NCBI GenBank assembly: GCA_020848545.1
Contig: JADLHZ010000031.1
Location: 18,483-82,482, forward strand
Reading direction: 5' to 3'
Length of the DNA: 64,000 nt
From: Deltaproteobacteria bacterium
GTDB lineage: Bacteria; Myxococcota; JADLHZ01
Below the pieces are notes generated by a model. It was given only the letters and a program-made list of their open reading frames with translations, had not been told where the DNA came from and did not search any database. The position numbers were made by a program, and so were the translations under genes. Of the stretch, positions 55,446 through 64,000 are shown in pieces; position 1 is the first letter of the stretch, and every line of letters begins with the position of its first letter.

Positions 55446-56825
55446 GTGGCCGCCGAGGGATCTCCGCCGTTTTATCGTTCGACCGCGTTCAAGGTCGGCG
55501 TCGCGGCGCTGATCTTGGCCGGCATCGGCACGCTCGTCTCGCGCATCGACACCAGCAAGAACCTGAAGAAGCTGCAGGCGCGGATGCTCTCGGGCGCGCC
55601 CGAGGGCAACTACTACGCGCTCGTCACGCGGATGGCGGCGCTCGCCGAGAAGCAGCAGGGCAAGATCGAGAACGTCTCGAGCGCTGGCTCGGTCGACAAC
55701 TTGAAGCGGCTCGTCGCCGCGCGCGAAGGAGCGTGCGACGCCCACTTCGGCTTGATCCAAGAGGGTCAAGACTGGCCGGAGAAGCCGAAGCTCGAGACGC
55801 TCGGCCGTTTGCCGCGCGCCGAGTCGGTGTTCTTCCTCGGCAAAGACGCGAACCAGCTGAAGGAGCTCGCGTCGATCGCCAAGATGAGGATCGGCATCGG
55901 TCCGCCGGCGAGCGGCACCGAGAAGATCGCGCGCCAGATCTTCGAGTCGCGCGATCTGGCGCCGCTCGCGCTCGTGCTCTCGAACCATACGCTCGCCGAG
56001 CAGCTCGACCTGTTGAGCAAAGGCCAGCTCGATCTCGGCGTGTTCGTGATGGATCGCGACGGCCCGTTGATCGATCGCGCCATTCGCGAGCACGGCCTGC
56101 AGATCGCCGGCTTCGCCCACGCCGAGGTCCTCGCCGGCAAGGTGCCGCACTTGAGCCTCGGGCGCATCGAGGCGGGCCACTACGATCCGGTGAAGGTATT
56201 GCCGCCTGAAGACAAGCCGGTCTTGCAGATCAGCACGCTCGTCGTCGGCAACGGCTGCGCGTCGCGCTCGGCGACGGTGGGCATGTTGAGCGTGCTCGAC
56301 GCGACCTTCCCCGATTTTTTGCGCTTCAACAAGGCGACGGCGAACACCAGCGGCCTCGAGCTCGCCGGCGCCGCCAAGAGCTTCTACGAGAACGAAGGGC
56401 CGGATCCCTTCGACGAGTACGCGCCGTGGCTGGTCGACATCATGCCGCCCGGCAAGTGGGTGTACTTGGTGACGGCGCTGTCCATCCTGTTCAACATCAT
56501 GGGCTTCGGTAACCGCTTCCAGCTCTGGCGCATCGACGCGAGCCGGGTGAAGACCGACGCACAGCTGATGGCGGTGTTTGGCCAGAGCGTCACGATCGGC
56601 GACATCGCGCGCATGGAGCCTCCGAAAGAGCGGCGGGCGGAGATCGTGCAAGGCGTCAGGGACGTCATGAAGGAGCTCGAGGTGCTCGCGGCGAAGTCGC
56701 GCAAGCAGTCGCTCTCGATCCTCGTGCCGATGGGCGGTGAGCTCGCCTATCGCTATCAAGAGAGCTTGATGTTCGAGTCGATGACGGTGCTGCGCGCGTT
56801 TCTCGAGCGTTGTGGTGCGGCGTGA
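55446..56825 (+). CDS. TAXI-family (TRAP-associated) solute-binding domain fused to membrane anchors
   Basis: GNYYALVTRMAALAEKQ and SAGSVDNLKRLVAAREGACDAHFGLIQ TAXI motifs. N-terminal TM and a C-terminal TM segment. Start uncertain: GTG 55446 proposed because ORF start 55392 lies inside the terminator. Confidence 0.55.
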   Translation: MAAEGSPPFYRSTAFKVGVAALILAGIGTLVSRIDTSKNLKKLQARMLSGAPEGNYYALVTRMAALAEKQQGKIENVSSAGSVDNLKRLVAAREGACDAHFGLIQEGQDWPEKPKLETLGRLPRAESVFFLGKDANQLKELASIAKMRIGIGPPASGTEKIARQIFESRDLAPLALVLSNHTLAEQLDLLSKGQLDLGVFVMDRDGPLIDRAIREHGLQIAGFAHAEVLAGKVPHLSLGRIEAGHYDPVKVLPPEDKPVLQISTLVVGNGCASRSATVGMLSVLDATFPDFLRFNKATANTSGLELAGAAKSFYENEGPDPFDEYAPWLVDIMPPGKWVYLVTALSILFNIMGFGNRFQLWRIDASRVKTDAQLMAVFGQSVTIGDIARMEPPKERRAEIVQGVRDVMKELEVLAAKSRKQSLSILVPMGGELAYRYQESLMFESMTVLRAFLERCGAA

Positions 56826-56842
56826 AGGAGGTCGGAGGAAGC

Positions 56843-57058
56843 ATGAGCGACGAGGCGAAAACCCAGGTACCGAAGCAGCCGAAAGCCGCGGAGACAGCGG
56901 CCAGCTTGATCAACGATTGGCGCGTCCTGCTCACCCAGGCGACTGAGGAGACCGAGCGCTTCACTAAAGAAAAACCCCTCATCGCCCTCGCCGCGTCGTT
57001 CACGGCCGGCATGGTGTTCAACGAGATCATGAGCGCGCTGTTCCGGCGGCGGCGCTGA
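56843..57058 (+). CDS. DUF883 (YqjD/ElaB-like) small membrane-anchored stress protein
   Basis: GGAGG RBS. C-terminal KPLIALAASFTAGMVFNEIMSALFRRRR tail typical of ElaB/YqjD. Confidence 0.5.
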   Translation: MSDEAKTQVPKQPKAAETAASLINDWRVLLTQATEETERFTKEKPLIALAASFTAGMVFNEIMSALFRRRR

Positions 57059-57060
57059 CG

Positions 57061-57363
57061 GTGGGACCCTCTGCCTCTGACGAGAAGGCGTCGCCACGCG
57101 TCGACGAGCTGATCGAGCGCACGAGCCAGTTCGTGACGCGCACCTTGACCGACACCATCGAGCGCCCGGTGCGGCGCGTCGGCCGGAGGCTCGGCGGGCG
57201 ACTCGTTCGCTTCGCGCTCGGCGCCACCTTGCTCATCTGCGCCGCGGGCTTCTTGCTCTTCGGCTTCATGTCGCTCTTGACCCTGTGGCTGCCGCTCTTT
57301 GGGGCCTGCTTGCTGGTCGGCGGTTTTGCTCTTCTCCTTGGGCTCCTCTTCCTCAAGGTGTAG
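57061..57363 (+). CDS. YqjE/DUF1469-like inner-membrane protein
   Basis: Two TM helices. Conserved partner of DUF883 genes. Confidence 0.45.
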   Translation: MGPSASDEKASPRVDELIERTSQFVTRTLTDTIERPVRRVGRRLGGRLVRFALGATLLICAAGFLLFGFMSLLTLWLPLFGACLLVGGFALLLGLLFLKV

Positions 57364-57374
57364 ACTAGGGTGAG

Positions 57375-58199
57375 ATGCGCTCGCTGATTATCGCGCTGGC
57401 CCTGACCTTTGCTCTTAGTACGCTCACGGCACCGGGGTCGGCGGCCGCCGCGAAGGCAAAGAAGAAGGATACGAAGAAGCCGCCGAAGAACAAGCACCTC
57501 GGCAAGATGAAGCTCGATCCCGACGAACCGGCGAGCCTGCCGACGTCGGCGACGCACGTACAGGCCGAGCCCACGTCGCAGCCGATCGAAGCGACCCCGG
57601 CGGAGACGCCCGGGCAGACCCCTCAGCAGATCGAGACGGTCGAGCCGACACCCGCCTCCGATGGAAAGCGATCGCCGGCCGGCTTCGGCTTCAACGCGAA
57701 GGTCGGTGTGCTCGTGCCGTTCAAGGGCTTCGGTCCGACGATCGTCGCCGGCGGCGAGCTGCGCGAACGCTTCCCGTTCTTGAAGCGGATGTTCGGGCTC
57801 GCGCTCGAGTTCGACTACTTCGAGCCGCGCGCGCGCGGGACCGCCGCTGCACCAGGCATCACCGGAGACTTCGCCTACTCAGCGTCGCTGCGTGGCTTTC
57901 AGATGTCGGCGGACGTGCTCTTCTTTCTGCCGCTCGCGATCCCGATCGATATCTATGTCGGCGCCGGTTATTCGGCGTTCCTCTACACGGTGAGTCTGAC
58001 CGCGTTCCTCTTGACGCAGACCGAAACGCAGCTGCGGCACGGCGTCCGCGCGCGGCTCGGCGTGCAATGGCAGTTCTGGGGTCCGCTCTACATCGCCCTC
58101 GAAGGCACCTATCACTGGGTGCAGTACGACTTCCTGATCACCGGCACCTCGAACATCGGGTCGTTCATCGGCGTCTTTGCCGCGGGGTTCGAAATTTGA
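57375..58199 (+). CDS. Outer-membrane beta-barrel protein (OmpA-like barrel family) with basic N-terminal region
   Basis: Signal peptide. KKKDTKKPPKNK and Pro/Thr-rich linker. Alternating beta-strands. C-terminal F. Confidence 0.6.
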   Translation: MRSLIIALALTFALSTLTAPGSAAAAKAKKKDTKKPPKNKHLGKMKLDPDEPASLPTSATHVQAEPTSQPIEATPAETPGQTPQQIETVEPTPASDGKRSPAGFGFNAKVGVLVPFKGFGPTIVAGGELRERFPFLKRMFGLALEFDYFEPRARGTAAAPGITGDFAYSASLRGFQMSADVLFFLPLAIPIDIYVGAGYSAFLYTVSLTAFLLTQTETQLRHGVRARLGVQWQFWGPLYIALEGTYHWVQYDFLITGTSNIGSFIGVFAAGFEI

Positions 58200-60613
58200 G
58201 CCGACATCACCTCACCGCGTGCGCGGCCCTCGCCCTTTTCGCGTGCGATCACACGATCACCTCGCGCGTGCCCGAGCTCTTCTTGATCACGCCCCCTCGA
58301 ATCTGCGGCGGCGGCGATCGGGTGGTCCGGCTGGTCGGTGCCAACTTCGATCCGCTGATCGAGTCGCTCGAGGACGGCCTCGGCAGTGGGCAATTCAAGG
58401 TCGTGCTCCCTGACGTCAGCGCGACGCAGCAAGGCGCGTTCCTCGACCTCATCAACGAGGTTTGGATCGACGATCGCACGCTCGACGTGACGGTGCCGGC
58501 CACGGTGCCGACCGGGCTCTACACGATTGCCGTGCAGAGCCCCTTTGGCGAGGTCGCGGTGCGCACCGTCAAGCTCGAGGTGCTGCCGGCGGCAGGTACG
58601 GTGACGGTCACCGGCGTGGATCCGGGGCGCGCGTTCAACGGCGACGACACGCGCATCGCGATCAGCGGCACCGGCTTCTCGGCCACCGCAGCGCCATCGC
58701 TCTTACAGTCAGGCGCTGCGAGCCCGACGTTGCTGACGAACGTCGTCGTCGAGAGCGCGACGCGAATCTTGGCGACGGTGCCGAAGGGATTCACCGCCGG
58801 CCTGGCGACGCTCAGCGTGGTCGACGCGTCGGGCTGCGGCGGGCAGCTGCCGCCGACCTCGTTTCGCATCACCGAGACGAAGGTGCCGCAGATCGCGTTC
58901 GTCGCCGGCGACGGGTTCACCGACGGCCAGCCGCTGAGCACCGTCGTGTGTGGCGCCAACTTCGCGGCGACGAGCGCCTTGCTCGTCGCCGATCCTAGCG
59001 GCGCCGCGACGGCGATGAGCATCTCGGCGGCGCCCGTGGGCGCATGTCCGTCGACGCTCGAAGGGATCACGGTGACGACGGCAAACGCCGTCAGCACCGG
59101 CACCTATCGCATCCGCATCAGCTCGACGGCAGACACCGTCGCGCTCTCCGAGAAGTCCGGGATCATGGTCACCTCGCCCTCGCCGACGCTGTCGATGTTC
59201 ACGACGCTGACCGGCGCGCTGACGCAACCGCGCCGCGGCGCCGCCGTGGTCGCGGCCCAGAGCGACGGCGGTTCTCGCTTCGTCTACGCGATCGGTGGTG
59301 ACGCGCCGACGCTCGACGGCGAAGGCAAGTCATACGCAGGCACCTCGACGGTGCGCGCGAGCGTCGAGATGGCGCAGGTCGTCTTCGACGACGCCACCCG
59401 CAGCTACGGCCTCGGACCGTTCGTCGCCAATCGAACGGCGCTGCCCGAGGGCCGCTTCGGCGCGCGCGCCATCTTCGTCGAGGTGACCGACAAGCGCTTC
59501 ATCTATGTGCTCGGTGGCAACAGCGGAAGCTCGAATGCGACGCCGAACGTCGTGCGCGCGCTCGTCTTGCCGGTGAGCCAAAAGCCGAGGTTGTCGCCAG
59601 CGAGCGTCGCCGCGGGGGTGCTCCCTGCTGGCACTTACCTTTATTCAGTCGCCGCGATCATGGACGCCGCCGACGCCGACAACCCGGGTGGCGAAGCGCT
59701 GCCGAGCGATCGCGCGGCAGCCACGTTCGCCGATCCTAGCAACGTGACGCTGTCGTTTGCGCCGGTGACTGGCGCGGTCGCGTACCGCATCTATCGCACG
59801 CCGGCGCCGCCCGATCCGGACGCTGGGATCGCCGGCAAGGAGCGGCTGCTCGTCGAGCTCACGGCGGCCGTCGCGTGTCCGGCGACCCCGTGTACGCACA
59901 CCGACAGCGTCGAAGCGCTCGGGGCCGGCACGCCGCTCGTCCCAGGAAGCCTCGGCAGCTGGCACACCGTGGCGGCGAACGCCAATGGCGGCACCTTCGC
60001 GATGTGGGGAATGAGCGCCGACTTCTACAAGACGAGCGCGACGCCCGGGCGCGCGGGTTACATCTACCTCGCCGGCGGTACCGCCAACGGCGCCTCGGGC
60101 TCGGCGCAGATGGTCACGCTCCCGGTCCGCACCGACGGCGCGTTCGATCCCGGCGACGCGTCGCTCTTGCCGGGCCCGACGTTCTGGCACGCGAGCACCT
60201 TGATGTTCGGCGTCGGCACGCCGGCGCGCGATCGTTTGTACGTGCTCTTCGGGCGGCCCGACCCTTACTATCACACCGCATCGATCACCGCGGCGAACGG
60301 CGGTTTGTCCGCGTTCGGCACCGACACCTCAGCGGGTCTGCCGGCGATCGTCGGCAGCGCCGCAGTGAGCATCGGCAAGAAAGCGTTTCTCTTCGGCGGG
60401 CTCGGCCATGCGAGCCAGGTCATTCAGAACACCGTCCTGGAAGGCTCGACGGTGATCTCCGGAAACTTCTCCGGCTTCCTGCCGGCGAGCCAAAGCCTGC
60501 AACAGCCGCGCTTCCTCGCCGGCGCTGTGCGCGTCGGTGGCTTCATCTTCGTCATCGGCGGCTTCGCCAACGGTTTGACGCTCGGCTCGATCGAGCGCGT
60601 CCAAGCCCAGTGA
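58196..60613 (+). CDS. Lipoprotein with three IPT/TIG domains and Kelch-type beta-propeller repeats
   Basis: TTG start overlapping upstream stop. Lipobox ALALFAC. Kelch-like YAIGG, YVLGGNS, YLAGG, FLFGG and FVIGG motifs. Confidence 0.7.
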   Translation: MSRHHLTACAALALFACDHTITSRVPELFLITPPRICGGGDRVVRLVGANFDPLIESLEDGLGSGQFKVVLPDVSATQQGAFLDLINEVWIDDRTLDVTVPATVPTGLYTIAVQSPFGEVAVRTVKLEVLPAAGTVTVTGVDPGRAFNGDDTRIAISGTGFSATAAPSLLQSGAASPTLLTNVVVESATRILATVPKGFTAGLATLSVVDASGCGGQLPPTSFRITETKVPQIAFVAGDGFTDGQPLSTVVCGANFAATSALLVADPSGAATAMSISAAPVGACPSTLEGITVTTANAVSTGTYRIRISSTADTVALSEKSGIMVTSPSPTLSMFTTLTGALTQPRRGAAVVAAQSDGGSRFVYAIGGDAPTLDGEGKSYAGTSTVRASVEMAQVVFDDATRSYGLGPFVANRTALPEGRFGARAIFVEVTDKRFIYVLGGNSGSSNATPNVVRALVLPVSQKPRLSPASVAAGVLPAGTYLYSVAAIMDAADADNPGGEALPSDRAAATFADPSNVTLSFAPVTGAVAYRIYRTPAPPDPDAGIAGKERLLVELTAAVACPATPCTHTDSVEALGAGTPLVPGSLGSWHTVAANANGGTFAMWGMSADFYKTSATPGRAGYIYLAGGTANGASGSAQMVTLPVRTDGAFDPGDASLLPGPTFWHASTLMFGVGTPARDRLYVLFGRPDPYYHTASITAANGGLSAFGTDTSAGLPAIVGSAAVSIGKKAFLFGGLGHASQVIQNTVLEGSTVISGNFSGFLPASQSLQQPRFLAGAVRVGGFIFVIGGFANGLTLGSIERVQAQ

Positions 60614-60624
60614 GTGCACTGCGT

Positions 60625-61275
60625 CTATTTGTAGCGGCCGTAGGGTTGGCCGTCTTTGTTCAGGTGGCTCGTCGCCTCGTCGCGCGCTTTCAACGCGAAG
60701 TCGGCGGTCGCCGGCTTGTCGGCCTTCACTTCGATCTTCTTCTTCTCCGGCGTGTGGTGCGGCGTCCAGGCGACGAGCGTGTAGTTGCCGTAGGGCACGT
60801 TCGGGAGCACGTAGGTGCCGTCGTCGTTTACTTTGGTGAAGAGCTCGTTTTGCAAGACGAGGACCTTCGCGGCCATGTCCGGATGGATGTTGCAGTAGAT
60901 ATCGACCTCGCCCGGCGCCTTCATCTGCATCGCCTTGCTGACGCCGCCGCGGTACAAGCCGAGATCGAACTCGTTGCCGTCGCTCGCCGAAAAGACGTTG
61001 TGATAGAACTTGTCCTCATTCGGGAAGTCGATCGTCTGGCCTTGGAGCACGACGAGCACGGTCGGGAGAAACTGCGTGTTCTTCTGCGTCAGCTTCGGGC
61101 GCTCGACCAAGTTGATCGACGGACCCGCGAGCTTCTCGATGTAGACGACGGCCGGCTTCCAGTTGCCGTCGGCTTTCACCTTGCCGGTGACCGTCGCCTT
61201 GTTGGCGTAGGCGACGCTCGCGGGAAACAACGCGAGACCGACGAGGAGCGTGAGGGTCGTGCGACTCGAGACCAT
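60625..61275 (-). CDS. Secreted cupredoxin-like protein
   Basis: Signal peptide. YCNIHPDM gives type-1 copper ligand-like C, H and M residues. Confidence 0.55.
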   Translation of the reverse strand: MVSSRTTLTLLVGLALFPASVAYANKATVTGKVKADGNWKPAVVYIEKLAGPSINLVERPKLTQKNTQFLPTVLVVLQGQTIDFPNEDKFYHNVFSASDGNEFDLGLYRGGVSKAMQMKAPGEVDIYCNIHPDMAAKVLVLQNELFTKVNDDGTYVLPNVPYGNYTLVAWTPHHTPEKKKIEVKADKPATADFALKARDEATSHLNKDGQPYGRYK

Positions 61276-61306
61276 GGTTGGCAGGTTCGTCCAGACTCAT
61301 CAGTGC

Positions 61307-61350
61307 GTCAAAAATTTCATGCAGGAGGCGCGGCTCTCGAAATTTTTGAC
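61307..61350. promoter_or_regulatory. AT-rich perfect 12-bp inverted repeat GTCAAAAATTTC-N20-GAAATTTTTGAC in the divergent promoter region of the cupredoxin-like gene and cytochrome c peroxidase
   Basis: Stands out against the 70% GC background. Lies between divergent starts 61275 (-) and 61391 (+). Confidence 0.6.
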
Positions 61351-61390
61351 ACACCCGTGGCGCCGGCTTCTCATTCGAGGATTGAACCTG

Positions 61391-62824
61391 GTGCATCGCT
61401 ACGTCTTCGCCGCGTCGATCGCGCTCGGCCTCACGGTCGGGCTCGCCTGCGATCGATTTACGGCCGAGCGCTGCGCCGGTGACGCGTGTTTCTTCTCGAA
61501 GCGGGAATGGCTCTTGCTCGGCTCGTTGACAGGTGTGCCTGAAGCACCGCCGGATCCGTCGAACAAATACGCGCTCGATCCGGCGGCGGCGGCGCTCGGG
61601 CACGCGTTCTTCTTCGATCCGAAGTTCTCGGGCTTCGCGTCGCAGGTCGATCGCTTGGATCGGCCGAAGCCCTACGCGCGCGCGCCCAAGGGTCAAGCGA
61701 TCAACATCTCGTGCGCGAGCTGCCACAACCCGGCGCGCGCAGCCATCGACGACACATCTACGCCTCGCCACGTCGCCATCGGCGCCGGCTGGCACTACTT
61801 GAACGCGACCTCGCTGATGAACACCGCGCACTGGCAGGTCTACTCGCTGACCGGCCGCGCCGACTCGCTCTGGGATCTCGGCATGGCTGTCATCACGGGG
61901 GTGGCGATGGGCTCGAACCGCATCCACGTCGCGCGGCGGGTGATGGACGCCTACCGCGCGGAGTACGAGGCGCTCTTCCCAGAGTACCCTTTGCCGCTGT
62001 CGATCACCGCGACTGACGGCGATCCCGGCAAGAAACCAGGCTGCCAAGCGGGCGACGTGACCGAGCCCTTCGGCGACGCCTTCGATTGCCTTCAGCCGGC
62101 CGAGCAAGAAGCCGTCACGCGCACGTGCGTGAACTGGGCGAAGGCGATCGCCGCGTACGAGTATCTCCTGCGCAGCGACCACTCGCGCTTCGATCTCTTC
62201 ATGGCCGAGGGGCCCGACTCGCCGCGCTTGTCCGCCGCCGAGAAGCGCGGCGCGAAGCTCTTCGTCGGCAAGGCCAACTGCGTCGACTGCCACTCCGGGC
62301 CGCTGCTCACCGACCAAGGCTTTCACAACATCGGCGTGCCGCAGCTCGGCGACGCGGTGCCGACCGAGGCCGAGTGCGTCGCCGGCAGCGTCTGCGACTG
62401 CGTCAACGGCACGAGCTGCTTGCCGTGGGGCGAGTACGAAGGATTGCAGCGCTTGCAGAACGCCGATCGCTTTCGCCGCGACTCGAAGTGGAGCGACGAT
62501 CCCGGCGACGCCTCGCGCGCGGCGATCTACGAGAAGCCGCTCGACGACACGATGAAGGGTCGCTGGCGGACGCCGAGCCTGCGCGACATCGCGTTGACGG
62601 CGCCATACATGCACGACGGGATCTACGAGACGCTCGACGACGTCGTCTGGCACTACCACTTAGGGGGTGCGCCGAGCGGCCCCTTCGCCGGTGAGATCGA
62701 TCCGTTGATCGCGCCGCTGCACTTGTCGGCGCAGGAACAAGCGGATCTCGTGGCGTTCTTGCAGACGCTCACCGGCGAGCCGTTGCCGAAAGAGATCGCG
62801 CAAGAGCCGGTGCTGCCGCCATGA
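61391..62824 (+). CDS. Di-haem cytochrome c peroxidase (CCP/MauG family) lipoprotein
   Basis: Two CxxCH motifs (CASCHN, CVDCHSGP). GTG start with GAGG RBS and lipobox LTVGLAC. Upstream in-frame ATG lies inside a palindrome. Confidence 0.9.
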   Translation: MHRYVFAASIALGLTVGLACDRFTAERCAGDACFFSKREWLLLGSLTGVPEAPPDPSNKYALDPAAAALGHAFFFDPKFSGFASQVDRLDRPKPYARAPKGQAINISCASCHNPARAAIDDTSTPRHVAIGAGWHYLNATSLMNTAHWQVYSLTGRADSLWDLGMAVITGVAMGSNRIHVARRVMDAYRAEYEALFPEYPLPLSITATDGDPGKKPGCQAGDVTEPFGDAFDCLQPAEQEAVTRTCVNWAKAIAAYEYLLRSDHSRFDLFMAEGPDSPRLSAAEKRGAKLFVGKANCVDCHSGPLLTDQGFHNIGVPQLGDAVPTEAECVAGSVCDCVNGTSCLPWGEYEGLQRLQNADRFRRDSKWSDDPGDASRAAIYEKPLDDTMKGRWRTPSLRDIALTAPYMHDGIYETLDDVVWHYHLGGAPSGPFAGEIDPLIAPLHLSAQEQADLVAFLQTLTGEPLPKEIAQEPVLPP

Positions 62825-64000
62825 GACTCTTTGTCTTGCTCATGGTGCTCCTGCCGAGCACGGCGTTCGCCGCGGCGTCGCAGCCGGTCGATCCGGACGT
62901 CATCAAGGACATTCAGCAGCGGCTCGACGATCTCGAGGCCGAGAACAAAGCGCTCAAGAAGGATCTGCTGCAGCGGCTCAAGAAGATCACGGTGCCGACG
63001 ATCCACGTGATGGACGGCGTCAACCTGCGCTTCTCGGCGTACATGGACGTCGGCTTCTTCAAGGCGTTCGGCGACGGCGTGGCGTATGTGCGCGACGTCG
63101 GCAACGCGAGCGCGCCGAACGAAGAGGCGCCGTGGGTGTTCCGCGGCGATCCGTGGGCGAACGCCGTCAACTCGCAGGGTGACTCGGCGGATCTCGGCCT
63201 CGATCGCACGACGATCCCGCGCGCCGATCCCATTCGCTCGCGCGGGCGGCCGACGTTCATCTTGAACATGGTGAACATCGGCATCGTCGCCACGGTGGGC
63301 GAGAGCCTGCTCTTCGAGACCACGCTCAACTTCGAGCCGCGCCAAGGCACGCTCGGCAGCCCCGGCGATTGGTTCGAGGTCGCGCTGGCGTACGTCGAGT
63401 GGATCCCGTTCAAGACGGTCGATCTGCACATCTTCGCGGGCAAGTTCGAGTCGGTGTTCGGCATCGAGTACCGGACGCGTACCGCGCCGGATCGCTTCAA
63501 CGTCACGCCCTCGCTCGCCGGCCGCTACACGATGGGCACGCCGCTCGGCCTCAAGATCCGCGGCAGCCTGGGCAAGGGCGTCTTCAGCTACGCCGCGGCG
63601 TTGACGAACGGGAGCATGTTCACCGAGCGCTTCGGCCACTTCTTCGACGAGATCGACAGCAACGTGCCGAAGACCGGCACCATGCGCCTCGCGTGCAAGC
63701 TGCCGATCCCGTTCTTCTTGGAGTTTGGCGCGTCGGGCTCGATCGGCGCGCAAGATCACCAGCCGTCGAACACGGCGAAGCAGTGGGCCGTCGGCGCCGA
63801 CCTCAAGATCAGCGTCGAGGGCTTCACCTTCCGTGGTGAGTACATGCACGTCGTCACCGAGGGCGGCGGCGCAACCGAGGCGGCGGCCCTTCGCGCGGAT
63901 GCGTGGTACGCCGAGGCGAGCTACCAGATCCTCGAGTGGCTCGGCGTCTTTGCGCGCCTCGATCACCGCCGCGCGCGCTTGTTCACGCCGCCGAACCTGT
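62821..64000 (+). CDS. Secreted coiled-coil + beta-barrel (porin-like) protein, 3'-truncated at window end
   Basis: Not in ORF track because no stop is reached. ATGA overlap with CCP stop. Signal peptide MRLFVLLMVLLPSTAFAAAS. LDDLEAENKALKKDL coiled coil, then amphipathic beta-strands. Confidence 0.5.
   Translation, partial: MRLFVLLMVLLPSTAFAAASQPVDPDVIKDIQQRLDDLEAENKALKKDLLQRLKKITVPTIHVMDGVNLRFSAYMDVGFFKAFGDGVAYVRDVGNASAPNEEAPWVFRGDPWANAVNSQGDSADLGLDRTTIPRADPIRSRGRPTFILNMVNIGIVATVGESLLFETTLNFEPRQGTLGSPGDWFEVALAYVEWIPFKTVDLHIFAGKFESVFGIEYRTRTAPDRFNVTPSLAGRYTMGTPLGLKIRGSLGKGVFSYAAALTNGSMFTERFGHFFDEIDSNVPKTGTMRLACKLPIPFFLEFGASGSIGAQDHQPSNTAKQWAVGADLKISVEGFTFRGEYMHVVTEGGGATEAAALRADAWYAEASYQILEWLGVFARLDHRRARLFTPPNL

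Noticed and set aside
62653-63966. 437-aa minus-strand ORF
   Set aside because: Antisense to the signal-peptide porin-like gene that continues past the window end. Arg/Asp-rich and low-complexity.
1-64000. GGTAAC hexamer as a motif on its own
   Set aside because: About 18 chance occurrences are expected per window at this base composition. Several copies do lie in coding sequence. Only the extended CGAAnCGGTAACG context was retained.

Overview
High-GC (about 70%) chromosomal segment, most likely from a Myxococcota genome. A MYXO-CTERM sorting tail on an M36 protease, lysine-rich histone-H1-like tails and an Anaeromyxobacter-like clade II nos cluster all point that way. Coding density is high and many long antisense ORFs are GC artefacts. 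I called about 70 genes by recognisable protein families.

Gene content, start to end:
- A 5'-truncated TPP enzyme, then RIC/YtfE, hemN and hemJ.
- A multicopper oxidase and a LuxR-type regulator.
- A complete clade II N2O-reductase cluster on the minus strand: nosZ, lipoprotein cytochrome c, nosD, nosF, nosL, nosY, a 4-TM membrane protein and nnrS. There is no nosR or nosX.
- Divergent from nosZ, a FixH/YtkA-like lipoprotein and an outer-membrane beta-barrel.
- Three cytochrome c'-like lipoproteins, a CDF transporter, PlsC and epimerase, USP proteins, GGDEF and an FAD monooxygenase.
- A sigma-54 signalling island: Host_attach/baeRF1-like protein, NtrC-type EBP and REC-HisKA hybrid kinase, convergent with a CBS protein, a small helical protein and a CheY paralog.
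- A second multicopper oxidase with a cupredoxin, crcB, and a secreted 16-aa tandem-repeat protein.
- A long translationally coupled operon: methyltransferase, VOC, PKHD hydroxylase, RecQ, GT-A-like protein, Ada/MGMT, CorA, Bcp and a Trm112-methyltransferase.
- An FHA protein with a (PS)15 linker, PrsW and CotH.
- A lower-GC islet with a RAYT/IS200-like transposase and REP-like repeats.
- A 1226-aa M36 protease, an RCK K+ channel, HU, a TAXI-TM fusion, YqjD/YqjE-like proteins, a beta-barrel OMP, an IPT/Kelch lipoprotein, a di-haem cytochrome c peroxidase and a 3'-truncated porin-like gene.

Most notable non-coding result: four well-spaced sigma-54 -24/-12 promoters. One is a perfect TGGCAC-N5-TTGC immediately upstream of nosZ, and it predicts a leaderless transcript. 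A recurrent CGAAnCGGTAACG-like upstream motif suggests a sigma-54/EBP regulon. That regulon would link N2O reduction, NO-stress genes and the local two-component island.
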